From NCBI GenBank assembly GCA_038320275.1, contig JBBQEB010000002.1:1-64000 (forward strand): 64,000 bases of DNA, in the 5' to 3' direction. Position 1 is the stretch's first letter. Every line of letters starts with the position of its first letter. Positions 38,528-48,898 of the stretch are shown here, in pieces. The notes under the pieces were generated by a model, which saw nothing but the letters and a program-made list of their open reading frames with translations, ran no database searches and was not told the DNA's origin. Both the position numbers and the translations under genes were made by a program. The stretch comes from Myxococcales bacterium (GTDB lineage Bacteria > Myxococcota > Myxococcia > Myxococcales > Anaeromyxobacteraceae).

Positions 38528-40276
38528 TCAACCGCGCGAGAGTGACTGCGCGGCGGCGACCACCGCGATCACCAGGATGACGAGCGCCTCGCCAGCGATG
38601 AAGCCGGACGCCACCGGCATGTTGTAGACCGCCTCGGTCTTCGGGCTGCGCTTCGCCCAGACGGCCTGGGCGATGCCGCCCAGCACCATGGGCAGCACGG
38701 CATAGCCCGGGATGAGCATCCCCAGGCCGACCGCCGAGGGCGACGGCAGGAAGCGATGCCACCGCGGCTCCAGCACCGTGACGACGACGCCCACCACAAG
38801 GGCCAGCGCGAGGGCGGTGAGGCAGCCCTGCGGCAAGGTGGAGAAGCCCTTCGCCAGGAGCTCGGCGAAGCCGGCCCACTTCACGCTGATGGGCGAGCTG
38901 AGACCGCGTTCCCCGAAGCCATAGCGCTGGCGAAGGGCCGGGTAGACGATGGCGACCGCGCCCGCTCCCACCGGGATGCCGAGGAGCTGCATCAGCATGA
39001 GGCTGCGGTTGTTGGAGCCGATGATCTTTCCGGAGCGGTAGCACTGCATCAGGTGCTCGCCCTGGCCCGCCACGGTGCCGCTCATGCCCGAGCCGATCAT
39101 GTTGACCGGAAGGTGGCCGGGCTGGATGGCCGCGAAGACCGCTTGCATGAGGTTCGCGAGCGCGCTGATGGGCGCCCAGTTCGTCTCCCCGAGGACGCGG
39201 ATGCCCACCAGCATGAGCGGGATCGAGAGCATGATCGACACGGCTGTGAGCCAGATCGGGAAGCCGAGCGAGACCTTCTGCACCGCCGCCAGCGCAACCG
39301 CGGAGCCGGCCGCGCCCCAGGCCACCCAGCGCAGCGGGAACTCCTCGCCCGCCACGTCGCCGGCGGAGAGGTTCGCGAAGGTGCGGGCGATGACCCGCCA
39401 CTTGAGCACGAGCGCGGTCAGCCCGCCCGACACCATCAGCCCAGTGGCGGGCCACATCACCCAGCGCAGCACGTCGGCGAAGGCCTGCTTGCCCACCCAA
39501 CCCTGCGACACCAGCAAGGGCGGCGCGATCACCCAGGCGAGCACCATGCCCAGGGCCATCGACAGCGTGACGCGCAGTCCGACGAGGAGCCCGGCGCCGA
39601 AGGAGAGCACGCTCACCTCCGAGCCCATGCGCAGCGCGGCGCCGTGGGCGCCCAGCGCCAGCTCGCCCGGGATGAGCTTCCAGGGGCCCTCGCGGAAGAA
39701 GGCCACCAGCGCCGAGAGCCCCATGGAGCCGAACAGCGCCCGCAGGCGGACCGTGGCCGCCCGGGCGCCCTGGTAAAGCACCACCAGCGTCTCGCCCGCG
39801 GCGGTGCCATCGGCGAAGGTGAGGTTCTCCTCGTCGATGTAGTGCCGGCGCAGGGGGACGGCGAGGAACGCCCCCAGCAGCCCGGCGAAGGTGAACCAGA
39901 GGAAGATCTGCAGGCTGGAGAGGCGGACGTCGAAGCCGAGCCCGCGCTCGGCCAGCATGTCCATGGCGGCCAGGACCACGCACATGAAGCCAATCTCGCC
40001 GGCGGCGGTGCCGGCGGTCTGGGCCATGTTGGCCTCGTACACGGTGGCCTCGGTTCGGGTGACGAACGCGGTGGCCGCCAGCGCCATGAAGCCGAAGAAC
40101 GCCGCCACCACCGAGATGTTGGGCCCGTAGCCGATCTTGAGGACGACGTAGGGGAAGGACGCCCCCATGATCGCCGAGACGAGGAGCGAGATTGCGACGG
40201 AGCGCGGCGTCAGCTCGCGGCGCGACACCGCCGGAGCCGGCATCGCGGCGAGCTTCTCGGAGGGGAGGGCGGCCAT
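38528..40276 (-). CDS. OPT/YSL-family oligopeptide transporter
   Basis: ELTPRS, LKIG, EANMAQT, VPLRR, LTFADGTA, GETNWAP, ASGFIAGE. Confidence 0.88.
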   Translation of the reverse strand: MAALPSEKLAAMPAPAVSRRELTPRSVAISLLVSAIMGASFPYVVLKIGYGPNISVVAAFFGFMALAATAFVTRTEATVYEANMAQTAGTAAGEIGFMCVVLAAMDMLAERGLGFDVRLSSLQIFLWFTFAGLLGAFLAVPLRRHYIDEENLTFADGTAAGETLVVLYQGARAATVRLRALFGSMGLSALVAFFREGPWKLIPGELALGAHGAALRMGSEVSVLSFGAGLLVGLRVTLSMALGMVLAWVIAPPLLVSQGWVGKQAFADVLRWVMWPATGLMVSGGLTALVLKWRVIARTFANLSAGDVAGEEFPLRWVAWGAAGSAVALAAVQKVSLGFPIWLTAVSIMLSIPLMLVGIRVLGETNWAPISALANLMQAVFAAIQPGHLPVNMIGSGMSGTVAGQGEHLMQCYRSGKIIGSNNRSLMLMQLLGIPVGAGAVAIVYPALRQRYGFGERGLSSPISVKWAGFAELLAKGFSTLPQGCLTALALALVVGVVVTVLEPRWHRFLPSPSAVGLGMLIPGYAVLPMVLGGIAQAVWAKRSPKTEAVYNMPVASGFIAGEALVILVIAVVAAAQSLSRG

Positions 40277-40398
40277 GCGCGCACATTCAAGCCGGTTTCG
40301 GCCCATCCCGCCAGCGAGGGCCGACCGGAGGGGAACTGCGCCCTCCGGCGCGGGCTCGGGCGCCTCCGGATCGCGCTCTGCCGCTCAACGCGCAGCCG

Positions 40399-41385
40399 CT
40401 ACAGCGCCAGCACCAGCTTGCCGAAGGTGTCGTTCCGCTCCAGCCGCTCGTGCGCCTCGCGGGCGCGGTCGAGCGGGTAGACGCCGTCGACGATGGGCTT
40501 CACGGCGCCGCTGGCGAGGAGCGGCAGGCCATCCCGGGCGAAGAGCTGGGTGGCGCGGATCTTGTCCTCCAGCGGCCGGGGCCGGAGCACCGTGCCGGCG
40601 ATGGAGCCGCGATGGCGCATGAGGAGGGAGAGGTTCACCTCCGCCTTGGCGCCGCCCAGGGTGCCGATGACCACCACCCGCCCGCCGGTCGCGAGGGAGG
40701 CCACGTTCTCCCCGGTGTACGGGCCACCCACGAAGTCGAGGACGAGCGGCACGCCCTCGCCGTGGGTGAGCCGCCGCACCTCGTCGGCGAACCGGGGCGT
40801 CTCCTTCGGGACGAGCAGCCCGTGGTCGAGCCCGAGCGCGCGGGCCCGGTCGAGCTTGTCGGCAGTGCGGCTCGTCCCGATGACCGTCGCGCCGGCGGCA
40901 GCCGCGAGCTGCAGGGCGACGGTCGCCACTCCCGAGCCGATGGCGTGGACGAGCACCGGCCAGCCCGGCCGCAGTCCGCCCAGCGTGAAGAGCGCGTCAT
41001 GGGCCGTGATGAAGGCCTCCATGGCGGCGCCCGCCTCCTCGAACGAGAGCCGCTCGGGCACCCGCAGGAGCATGCGCTCGTGCGCGAGAGCGAGCTCGGC
41101 CTGGGCCTCGCCGCTCGCGATGGCCATGACCCGGTCGCCGCGCTTCCAGCGCGTGACGCCCTCGCCCACCTCGGCCACCTCGCCCGCCAGCTCGAGCCCT
41201 GGCACGTCCTCGCGCGTGCCCGGGGGCGGAGGGTAGAGGCCGCGGCGCTGGAGGAGGTCGGCGCGGTTCAGCGCCGCCGCGCGCACCCGGACCAGGACCT
41301 CGCCGCGGCTCGGCCGCGGGTCCGGGAGCTCCGCGACGGAGATGACTTCCGGACCGCCCTTGCCGGTGAAGACGAGCGCTCTCAC
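40399..41385 (-). CDS. NAD(P)H-quinone oxidoreductase (PIG3/MDR family)
   Basis: GGPEV, LNRADLLQRRGLYPPP, PGLE, HAIGSGV, GKLVL. Confidence 0.9.
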   Translation of the reverse strand: MRALVFTGKGGPEVISVAELPDPRPSRGEVLVRVRAAALNRADLLQRRGLYPPPPGTREDVPGLELAGEVAEVGEGVTRWKRGDRVMAIASGEAQAELALAHERMLLRVPERLSFEEAGAAMEAFITAHDALFTLGGLRPGWPVLVHAIGSGVATVALQLAAAAGATVIGTSRTADKLDRARALGLDHGLLVPKETPRFADEVRRLTHGEGVPLVLDFVGGPYTGENVASLATGGRVVVIGTLGGAKAEVNLSLLMRHRGSIAGTVLRPRPLEDKIRATQLFARDGLPLLASGAVKPIVDGVYPLDRAREAHERLERNDTFGKLVLAL

Positions 41386-41825
41386 GTGGACCTCCTCAGG
41401 ACGCCAGGTGCTCCGAAGTGACCGGTGGCCGCGCCGAACGGCGCCTCGGCGAGGGTGCCCGCCGGGTCGCGCAGAAGCTCGGCTTGCCCCGGCGCGATGC
41501 GGGCAAGCTCGCAGGCGCCGCGCCGTAGCGGACCGGAGCGCTCGGCATCGACCGGGCAGGCGGGGGCCGCGATCTCCGCGAGGCCGGGGACCGCGTCGCC
41601 CGGCTCGACCGCGACGGCGAGCGCGTAGCCGTTGTAGCCGCCCTCCCACCAGAAGGAGACGGTCGCGTCCCCGGTGGCAGCCGCCGTCAGCGCGTCGAGG
41701 AGCGCGGTGCGGAACGCCCGAAAAGGAGCGGTGTCGTGGCGAGGGTCGGCGCCGGCCGGGACGAGCGCGGCGTAGCGCGCGCGCAGCTCGTCGAGCGCGA
41801 ACAGCACGATGCGCGCCGGGGGCAT
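41382..41825 (-). CDS. Hypothetical protein
   Basis: 147 aa ORF coupled to the oxidoreductase (4-nt overlap). Confidence 0.6.
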   Translation of the reverse strand: MPPARIVLFALDELRARYAALVPAGADPRHDTAPFRAFRTALLDALTAAATGDATVSFWWEGGYNGYALAVAVEPGDAVPGLAEIAAPACPVDAERSGPLRRGACELARIAPGQAELLRDPAGTLAEAPFGAATGHFGAPGVLRRST

Positions 41826-42050
41826 GGCGCGTGACGTAAGCGGGGGGAGGGCGGGTTGCCAGGCCGGCGCGAAGCGGAAGGGGCGGGCGGCAAGCGGGCC
41901 GCCGTTTGCGCCTCGATCGTGCGCGCGTGGTTGACATCACGGTGGCGGGCGTCCGAAGGAGACGCGTCCGTCGCCTCCGCGTTCGCGGCGTCCGTGGCGC
42001 GCTCGCTCGACGCCCATTCGACTCGGCTGCCCTCGACGCCGCGCGCGGCG

Positions 42051-42653
42051 CTACTCCTCCCCGCAGCTCTCGAGAGCCTTTCCGTAGCTCGCCTTGGCGC
42101 TCTCCTTCTCCCTGGCGACCTGCGTGCGGATGTCTCCGCAGGCGGAGCGGGGCGCCTTGCGGGCCAGCACCTCGGCGGCCGTGGCGCGCAGGCGCGGATC
42201 GCTTGCCCTCTGCAGGATGGGGCGGAGCTCCTTGGCGGCGGCGCTCGCGGACAGGAAGTGCCCCGCCGCCCGCGCGGCGCTGGCGCGCACCGCGTACTCG
42301 TCCCCCTCGGCGCGCAGCCGGCCCAGGATGACCTTCTGCGCGCGCGCGCCGCCGATGGCGGAGAGCGCAGCCACGGCCTTGGCCCTGCGGGATGGGAATG
42401 CGTCGGCGTCGTTCGCGATCGCCTCCAGCGGAGCCACCGCCGCGGGACCGAGGGCGCGCCAGCGCTCCGCGCCGATGGGCGTGTCGATGCTCCTGAGATA
42501 GGCGTCGACGCGCCCGTTCACCTCGACCTGCGACAGCGATGCGGCGGGGGCGGCCCCCTCCACGGCAGGAGTTGCCGCGGATGGCCGCGCGTTCCGGGCG
42601 GGGGCGCCGATTCCGAGGGTGAGCACGAGCAGCGTCGTCGCGGTGGAGATCAT
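42051..42653 (-). CDS. Exported HEAT-repeat-like protein
   Basis: Signal peptide; repeats RRAKAVAALS, VRASAARAAG, LRATAAEVLA. Confidence 0.7.
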   Translation of the reverse strand: MISTATTLLVLTLGIGAPARNARPSAATPAVEGAAPAASLSQVEVNGRVDAYLRSIDTPIGAERWRALGPAAVAPLEAIANDADAFPSRRAKAVAALSAIGGARAQKVILGRLRAEGDEYAVRASAARAAGHFLSASAAAKELRPILQRASDPRLRATAAEVLARKAPRSACGDIRTQVAREKESAKASYGKALESCGEE

Positions 42654-42660
42654 GGGCGCC

Positions 42661-44181
42661 TCACTGGACCAGCGGGTTGGAGCGCATTACGCGCTGCTGC
42701 TCGGAGCTGAGCTCGCCCGTGCCACCGGCCAGCCAGAACATGAGGTTGTTGCCGCCGCCGCAGAGGGTACTCGCGGTGCATTCGGCGGTGGACATCGGGT
42801 GCGAGGCCGCGGGGGCCGGCTTGGAGTCGGCGCACTGCGACCGCGCCGCGTTGGTGCAGGCTTGGCAGCTGCAACGCGCGGTGTCCGCGAGCGGATCGAA
42901 GCTGGTGCCGTCCGACTCGGTCACGTGATACAGGCCCAGGAAGTGCGCCGCTTCGTGGGCGGCGATGAACGCGACCTGGTCGGCGCCGCACCCATGGAAG
43001 TTGACGTTTCCGATGCAGCTACTCCCTCTGCTGAAGCGCAGGTCCTGGACCGAGACCGCAGCGCCGCTGGCGACCGTGCCTCCGATGCTGGCTGGCCCCG
43101 GGATGGTCCCGTCCACGCCCACCACGGTCGAGTTCGGGGTGTTGGGGTCGGCCTTGGCGACGAGGTCGGTGAGGAAGATGTTCATACCGTTGCCCGGCGC
43201 GGCGTACTTGAGGAGCTGCGGCAGCGGAGCGCAGGCACCGCTCTGATCGACGTCGACGCTGCCGTACCTGGCGCGGACGTCGGCTGGGAGGTCGTGATAG
43301 CGCACGCTTCCCACGCTGATGCCAGCCTGGGCGAAGATGGACTTCAGCGACTGGGACATGCGGGCGAGGTCGGGATCGGTGGCTGCCGTGGCGGCGGTGA
43401 GCGGCGAGCCGGAGGACGGGTCTGCCACGAAGTAGAAGTCGAGCTCGAGGGTCCCGGTGGCCGGGATGCCTCCGTTCGCCTGAGGCTTCGTGAGCACCGT
43501 CACCTCGTAGCGGCTGGGCGCGATGACGGGGCAAATGGCGCCGGCGACCAGGTTGCCACTCGCGCACTCGTAGGCGTAGTCGGACACCTTTACCGACCAG
43601 GTCCCGGGCAGCACGCCTTCGCCGAGTCCCCGGCTGGTATTGGGGAAGGTGAGCGTTCCCGTGGCCGGGGATTGGCTGGCAAAAAAGGAGCGCAACGTCT
43701 CCGGGTCGGGCGGAGTCTGCCCCGCCGGCAGCGGAGCGTCGCTCATCAACTCGCCCGCGGGATCGGTCACGGTGAGGGGTACGGCGGTGTTGATCAGGGA
43801 AACGGCGGACTGTCCGGGAATCCGGACGGTGATGGAGTCCGGAGCGCTCACCGCCTGCTCGACGATGGTGACGCTGGCCGTCCCGGCGGGCACGTCGAAG
43901 GTCGGCTGGTCGCCCGCAGTGAAGGTGCCCAGGTGCAGGACCTGGCCCGCCGGCAGGGCGCTCGTGCCGACCGGCTTCAGGCTCATGTCGCAGGTGAGGA
44001 CGGCCGTGCCCGCGTCGGTACCCCCGTCCGTGCCCGCCGCGCGCTGGCAGCCGCCGCTCACGCAGACGTAGCCCGTCGGGCAGCCGAGCGGGCAGGAGGT
44101 GCCGTCGGTCCCGGGGCTGGTGCTGGAACCACAGGCGGCCAGGAGGGCGGCCGGGAGGAGGGCGAGGAGGGCTGTGCGCAT
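42661..44181 (-). CDS. Lipoprotein with metzincin zinc-protease motif
   Basis: Lipobox LAAC; Cys-rich N-terminal module; HEAAHFLGLYH; Met-turn-like NNLMFW. Confidence 0.8.
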   Translation of the reverse strand: MRTALLALLPAALLAACGSSTSPGTDGTSCPLGCPTGYVCVSGGCQRAAGTDGGTDAGTAVLTCDMSLKPVGTSALPAGQVLHLGTFTAGDQPTFDVPAGTASVTIVEQAVSAPDSITVRIPGQSAVSLINTAVPLTVTDPAGELMSDAPLPAGQTPPDPETLRSFFASQSPATGTLTFPNTSRGLGEGVLPGTWSVKVSDYAYECASGNLVAGAICPVIAPSRYEVTVLTKPQANGGIPATGTLELDFYFVADPSSGSPLTAATAATDPDLARMSQSLKSIFAQAGISVGSVRYHDLPADVRARYGSVDVDQSGACAPLPQLLKYAAPGNGMNIFLTDLVAKADPNTPNSTVVGVDGTIPGPASIGGTVASGAAVSVQDLRFSRGSSCIGNVNFHGCGADQVAFIAAHEAAHFLGLYHVTESDGTSFDPLADTARCSCQACTNAARSQCADSKPAPAASHPMSTAECTASTLCGGGNNLMFWLAGGTGELSSEQQRVMRSNPLVQ

Positions 44182-44505
44182 GGAGTGGGTAGAGCTTTGC
44201 GAAGGGCTGACGCTCCCGCGCACGACAATAATCACTTCGCCTCGGAACGGGCCGGGCGGTTCGCACGAGAGGCCGGCCGCGAACGAGTTGCAGCAGTGAA
44301 GAGCCTGGTCCTCGAGCCTGAGAACCGGAGGGACCGGCTTGCCACGAGTCTCACCCTGGATTGGAAGGAACCGCCGCCCGGTAATGAGCGTGCCGCGCTC
44401 CAGCAGCCGCCGCCGCACGTCGCGGCGGTCCTCGTCGCCTGAATTTCCTCCTGATCTCACGCCGCAGGGCGTTGAGGATCGCCGGCACGTCGAGGCGGGT
44501 CGCCG

Positions 44506-45582
44506 TCAACGCGCGAGGGCGCGCACCTTCCCGATGATGGCGTCCGTCACCTCGGAGGAGCGCGCCGTGCCTCCGAGATCCGGCGTCAGCACGCGGCCGT
44601 CGGCGGTTACCGCCATGATCGCCTTCATCATGAGGTCCGCCGCCCGCTTCTCGCCGAGGAAGTCCATCATCATCGCGCCGCACCAGACCATGGCGATGGG
44701 GTTGGCGATCCCCTTCCCGCAGATGTCGGGAGCCGAGCCGTGCACCGGCTCGAACATCGAGGGATAGGTGCGCTCGGGGTTGATGTTCCCGCTCGCAGCG
44801 AGGCCGAGGCTGCCGCAGATGGCGCCTCCCAGGTCGGTGAGGATGTCGCCGAAGAGGTTCGAGCCGACCACCACGTCGAAGGACTCGGGCCGCAGCACGA
44901 AGCGCGCAGCGCAGGCGTCGATGAGCACGCGGTCCGTCTGGACGTCCGGGAAGTCCTTTCCGACCTCGACGAAGATCTCGTCCCAGAACGTGAGCGAGTG
45001 CTGCTGTGCGTTCGACTTCGTCGCGTTGACGAGCTTCTTGCGACGGCTCCGGGCGAGCGCATAGGCATACCGGATGACACGCTCGACCCCGACGCGCGTG
45101 AACACCGACGTCTCCAGCGCGAGCTCGATGGGGAGCCCGCGGTGCGCGCGCCCACCGGCGCCGGTGTACTCGCCCTCCGTGTTCTCGCGGACGACGACGA
45201 AGTCGATGTCGCCGGCCGCCTTGCCGCGCAGGGGGCTCTGGATCCCGGGGAGGAGCAGGCTGGGGCGGACGCAGGCGTACTGGTCGAACCCCTGTACGAT
45301 GGGGAGCCGAAGGCCGCGGAGCGTGACGTGGTCGGGGACCTTGTCGGGAAATCCGACCGCGCCGAAGAAGATGGCGTCGAACGGCTTCAGGACCTCGAGG
45401 CCGTCCTTCGCCATCATCACGCCGTGCTCCAGGTAGTACTCGCAGCCCCACGGGAATTCCTCGCGGTGGAGCTGGAACCCGCCGTCGACCTCCGCGACCA
45501 CATCGAGGACGCGGACGCCCTCGGGCGTCACTTCCTGGCCAATGCCGTCGCCTGGGATGACCGCGATGTCGTAGGTCTTCAT
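44506..45582 (-). CDS. Tartrate dehydrogenase / D-malate dehydrogenase (beta-decarboxylating family)
   Basis: IAVIPGDGIG, FDQY, VRENTEGEY, TKSNA, SNLFGDILTD, FEPVHGSAPDI. Confidence 0.85.
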   Translation of the reverse strand: MKTYDIAVIPGDGIGQEVTPEGVRVLDVVAEVDGGFQLHREEFPWGCEYYLEHGVMMAKDGLEVLKPFDAIFFGAVGFPDKVPDHVTLRGLRLPIVQGFDQYACVRPSLLLPGIQSPLRGKAAGDIDFVVVRENTEGEYTGAGGRAHRGLPIELALETSVFTRVGVERVIRYAYALARSRRKKLVNATKSNAQQHSLTFWDEIFVEVGKDFPDVQTDRVLIDACAARFVLRPESFDVVVGSNLFGDILTDLGGAICGSLGLAASGNINPERTYPSMFEPVHGSAPDICGKGIANPIAMVWCGAMMMDFLGEKRAADLMMKAIMAVTADGRVLTPDLGGTARSSEVTDAIIGKVRALAR

Positions 45583-45643
45583 GGCTGCACGCTCCGCTGC
45601 GGGGGAGGAGGGCCGGGGTCGCGCCGGGAGGGCTGCCGGATCG

Positions 45644-46120
45644 CTAGAGCAGGCTTCCGCGCGGCAGCGGGACGCGCAGCAGCTGGCCAAAGACCAACAT
45701 CAGCGCGGCCGTGATCGCGATGCCCACCAGGGCCGAGCGCAGGATGACCTTCGGATCCTTGCGCTCCCCCGCGAGGTACCACGCGATGGCGGTGAAGCCG
45801 ACGATGCTGCTCAGGGCGAACCCGACGGGCCGGAGGAGCAGCGCCCACGCGAGCAGGATCACTGCGACGACCACCATGGGCTTCCGGCGCGGAAGGTCCT
45901 CCGCGGCCTCGGGGGCGCCCTCGCGGACCCGGTCCTTCATCGCCGCGTGCGGGGTGAACGAGAGCACGAACGTCGCGAGGACGAGGAGCACGAGGAGGAT
46001 CATGATGCTGTCGGGGAAGATCCCGCCGAACGAGGTGGAGTAGTCGCGCTGCACCGCGAGCGACGCGACGAAGACCAGCGCGAGGAGCGATCCGACGCGA
46101 TCCTTGGTGCGGGCGTTCAT
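45644..46120 (-). CDS. tctB: Tripartite tricarboxylate transporter small subunit
   Basis: Four TM helices; C-terminal F..LL.VPLP.G. Confidence 0.85.
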   Translation of the reverse strand: MNARTKDRVGSLLALVFVASLAVQRDYSTSFGGIFPDSIMILLVLLVLATFVLSFTPHAAMKDRVREGAPEAAEDLPRRKPMVVVAVILLAWALLLRPVGFALSSIVGFTAIAWYLAGERKDPKVILRSALVGIAITAALMLVFGQLLRVPLPRGSLL

Positions 46121-46136
46121 GATCGGGCCCTCCGGC

Positions 46137-47663
46137 TCATGGCTGCCGCGGCGCGAGGGCTGGCTTCTGGAACTTGCGCCGGAGCGGCCCGAAGTACGGC
46201 CAGACGAACGACAGGAAGCTGAGCGCGATGAGGATCCAGGAGAGCGGGCTCACGAAGAGGGCGGTCCACGGCGACGAGTACTGCTGCCCGATGAGCAGCG
46301 CCTGCACGAGGCCGGTCTCCATGATGGGCCCGAGGATGAGGCCGAGCACGATGGGCGAGGCCTCGAAGCCGAGGTACTTCAGCCAGTACCCCACCACGCC
46401 GAACCCGAGCATCAGGATGACGTCCGTGATGTTGTTGCGGATGGCATACGACCCGATGATCGTCAGGATCGCGATCCCCGGCACGAGGTAGCGCTTCGGC
46501 AGCGTCGCGACGAAGCGCGTGAGGAGCCGGCCGCCGTAGATGCCGATCGGCACCATGACCAGGGCGGAGAGGCCGAGGCCCAGCATGAACGTGTAGGTCA
46601 CGTCCGCGCGCTCCTTGAACATCTCGGGGCCGGGGTGGAGCCCCTGGAGCATCAGGACGCCGTAGATGATGGCATCGGGCGGCGCGCCGGGGACGCCCAG
46701 CGTCACGAGGGGGATCATCCCGCCGCCGACGACCGCGTTGTTGGCGGTCTCGGTCGCCACCACACCCTCGAGGTGGCCCGTCCCGAACTTCTCCGGCGTC
46801 TTCGACGCCCGGCGCGCCTCGTTGTAGGACACGAGGTTGGCGATGCTCCCGCCGGCCCCCGGCAGGATCCCGATGATCGTGCCGATGATCGACGAGCGGA
46901 GGAGGTTCGCTCGCTGCGCCAGCACTTCCTTGGTGGTGTTCCAGAAGACGCCCTTGTCGCGCTTGTACTCCAGGCTCTCGGCACGCACGTGGGCGCGCGA
47001 CGCGATGGTGAGCACCTCCGGGATGCAGAAGAGGCCGATCAGGATCACGATGAGGTCGACGCCTCCCTGCATGGCGACCGATCCGTAGGTGAATCGCACG
47101 TCGCCGCCGACGGGCGCGATGCCGATGGTCGAGATCAGGACGCCGATGGCCGCGCCAGCGAGGCCCTTCAGCATCGAGCCCTGCGCCAGGCTCGAGATGA
47201 TGGTCAGGCCGAAGACGCCCACCCAGAAGTACTCGGCGGGCCCGAACCGCAGCGCCACCTCGGCGAGCAGCGGGGCGAGGAAGATGAGCGCGATCACGCC
47301 GAACACTCCGCCGATGGCGGAGCCGATCGTGGCGGCGACGATGGCCTGTTCGCCCCGCCCCGCGCGCGCCATGGGGTAGCCGTCGAAGGTCGTGCCGATC
47401 GAGCTCGGCGTGCCGGGCGTGTTGATGAGGATCGCGCTGAACGCGCCCCCGTAGATGCACCCCATGTAGATGGCGCCCAGCAGCACGAGACCGTTCGTCG
47501 CCGTCATCGCGTACGTGAACGGCACGAGCAGCGCGACCGCCATCGTTGCGGTGAGTCCCGGGAGCGCGCCGGCGACCATCCCCACCGTCGTGCCGGCGAT
47601 GACGAGCAGCAAGTTCTGCAGCGTCGCGAGGTGCTGAAGCCCCGTGAGAAGGTTCGACAGCAT
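46137..47663 (-). CDS. tctA: Tripartite tricarboxylate transporter large permease
   Basis: GALPGL, YGG...AILINTPG, DGYPMA, ETANNA, LTLGVPG-like motif. Confidence 0.92.
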   Translation of the reverse strand: MLSNLLTGLQHLATLQNLLLVIAGTTVGMVAGALPGLTATMAVALLVPFTYAMTATNGLVLLGAIYMGCIYGGAFSAILINTPGTPSSIGTTFDGYPMARAGRGEQAIVAATIGSAIGGVFGVIALIFLAPLLAEVALRFGPAEYFWVGVFGLTIISSLAQGSMLKGLAGAAIGVLISTIGIAPVGGDVRFTYGSVAMQGGVDLIVILIGLFCIPEVLTIASRAHVRAESLEYKRDKGVFWNTTKEVLAQRANLLRSSIIGTIIGILPGAGGSIANLVSYNEARRASKTPEKFGTGHLEGVVATETANNAVVGGGMIPLVTLGVPGAPPDAIIYGVLMLQGLHPGPEMFKERADVTYTFMLGLGLSALVMVPIGIYGGRLLTRFVATLPKRYLVPGIAILTIIGSYAIRNNITDVILMLGFGVVGYWLKYLGFEASPIVLGLILGPIMETGLVQALLIGQQYSSPWTALFVSPLSWILIALSFLSFVWPYFGPLRRKFQKPALAPRQP

Positions 47664-47729
47664 GGGGGTCCTCCGCCGTGGAAGGAGAGCTGCCGCCGAG
47701 GAAGGCCGCCCTTCTCCTCGCGCGTCGAG

Positions 47730-48698
47730 CTACTTGGCCTTTGCCTGGCCGAGATCCTTCACCAGATCCTTGTAGAGGGGGATCCGAGAATTGACGAACG
47801 CGGTCGACTGCTCGGGGCCCATCTTCTCGATCTTGAACCCGTTCTCGTCCATCTTCTTCACCACCTCCGGGTCGTTCATCACGTCCTCGAAGATCGCGGC
47901 CGCCTTCTTGACCACGTCGTCGGGCGTCCCGGGCGGAGCAGCGACGCCGCGGTAGGCACCCTCGACGAGGTCGTAGCCCAGCTCCTTGAACGTCGGAACG
48001 TCGGGGAGGACCTTCATGCGCTCGTCCGTCATGATGGCGAGCGCGCGGAACTTGCCTTTGTGCTCGATCGCCATCGTCGAGTAGGACATCAGGCCGCTGA
48101 CGTGGCCGCCCATCAGCGCCGGCGCAGCCGAGCCAGACCCGGTGAACGGGACGTAGGTCGTCCTGATGCCCGCGGCCTTGTTCAGCATGATCGTACCGAG
48201 CTCGTTCGCAGAGGCGCTCCCGCTGCCGCCGAGCGTCAGCCCGCTCGGCTTCCCCTTCGCCGCGGCGATGAAGTCCTTCAGCGTCTTGTACGGGCTGTCG
48301 TTGCGCACGAGGAGGATGTTGGGCGTGCTCTCGAAGATGTAGACGTTCTCGAGGTCCGACGTCTGGTAGCCGGCGTTCCCGCGCTGCAGCGGCTGCAGCA
48401 CGATGTGCGGCAGGTTGTGGCCCGCGAGCGTGTAGCCGTCGGGCTTCGTGCTGTGCACGAGGTCCGACCATCCGACGGATCCGCCGCCGCCGATCTTGTA
48501 GCTGACGACGACGCCCTGCTTGTAGTGGCGCTTGAGCGCCTGCTCCTGGATCCGCGCGGTGATGTCCGACTCGCCGCCCGGGTTGAAGCAGATGACGTAG
48601 TTGAGGGGCTCGCTCGGGTACTCCGCGGCGTGAGCGGGCGCGATGCCCGCCGCCGCTCCAGCACCCAGGACGATCGCTGCGACAAGGCTCCGGTTCAT
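47730..48698 (-). CDS. tctC: Tripartite tricarboxylate transporter substrate-binding protein (Bug/TctC)
   Basis: Signal peptide; YP..P, PGGESDITAR, KPDGYT, LPDVPTFKELG. Confidence 0.92.
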   Translation of the reverse strand: MNRSLVAAIVLGAGAAAGIAPAHAAEYPSEPLNYVICFNPGGESDITARIQEQALKRHYKQGVVVSYKIGGGGSVGWSDLVHSTKPDGYTLAGHNLPHIVLQPLQRGNAGYQTSDLENVYIFESTPNILLVRNDSPYKTLKDFIAAAKGKPSGLTLGGSGSASANELGTIMLNKAAGIRTTYVPFTGSGSAAPALMGGHVSGLMSYSTMAIEHKGKFRALAIMTDERMKVLPDVPTFKELGYDLVEGAYRGVAAPPGTPDDVVKKAAAIFEDVMNDPEVVKKMDENGFKIEKMGPEQSTAFVNSRIPLYKDLVKDLGQAKAK

Positions 48699-48898
48699 GG
48701 GCGTCGCCTCCGAATCCGCTAGGCCAGCGTGATCAGTTTGCCAGGCGGACAGATCACACGGATGCGCGGCCCCCGCAACACAATCGGCGCAGGCCGCCCA
48801 GCACCGGATCGGGGCAGGAGAGGGCGGGTGCCCGGCTCCGCTCCGGAGCAGCGCGCGGGCTGCGACATCTCGTCAAGGGGCGAGCTCCCGCATCGCGC

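Noticed and set aside
44260..44460. Possible remnant of a class II PLP aminotransferase C-terminus (GDE...RRLLERGTLITG)
   Set aside because: The similarity is too short and degenerate to support without blastx.
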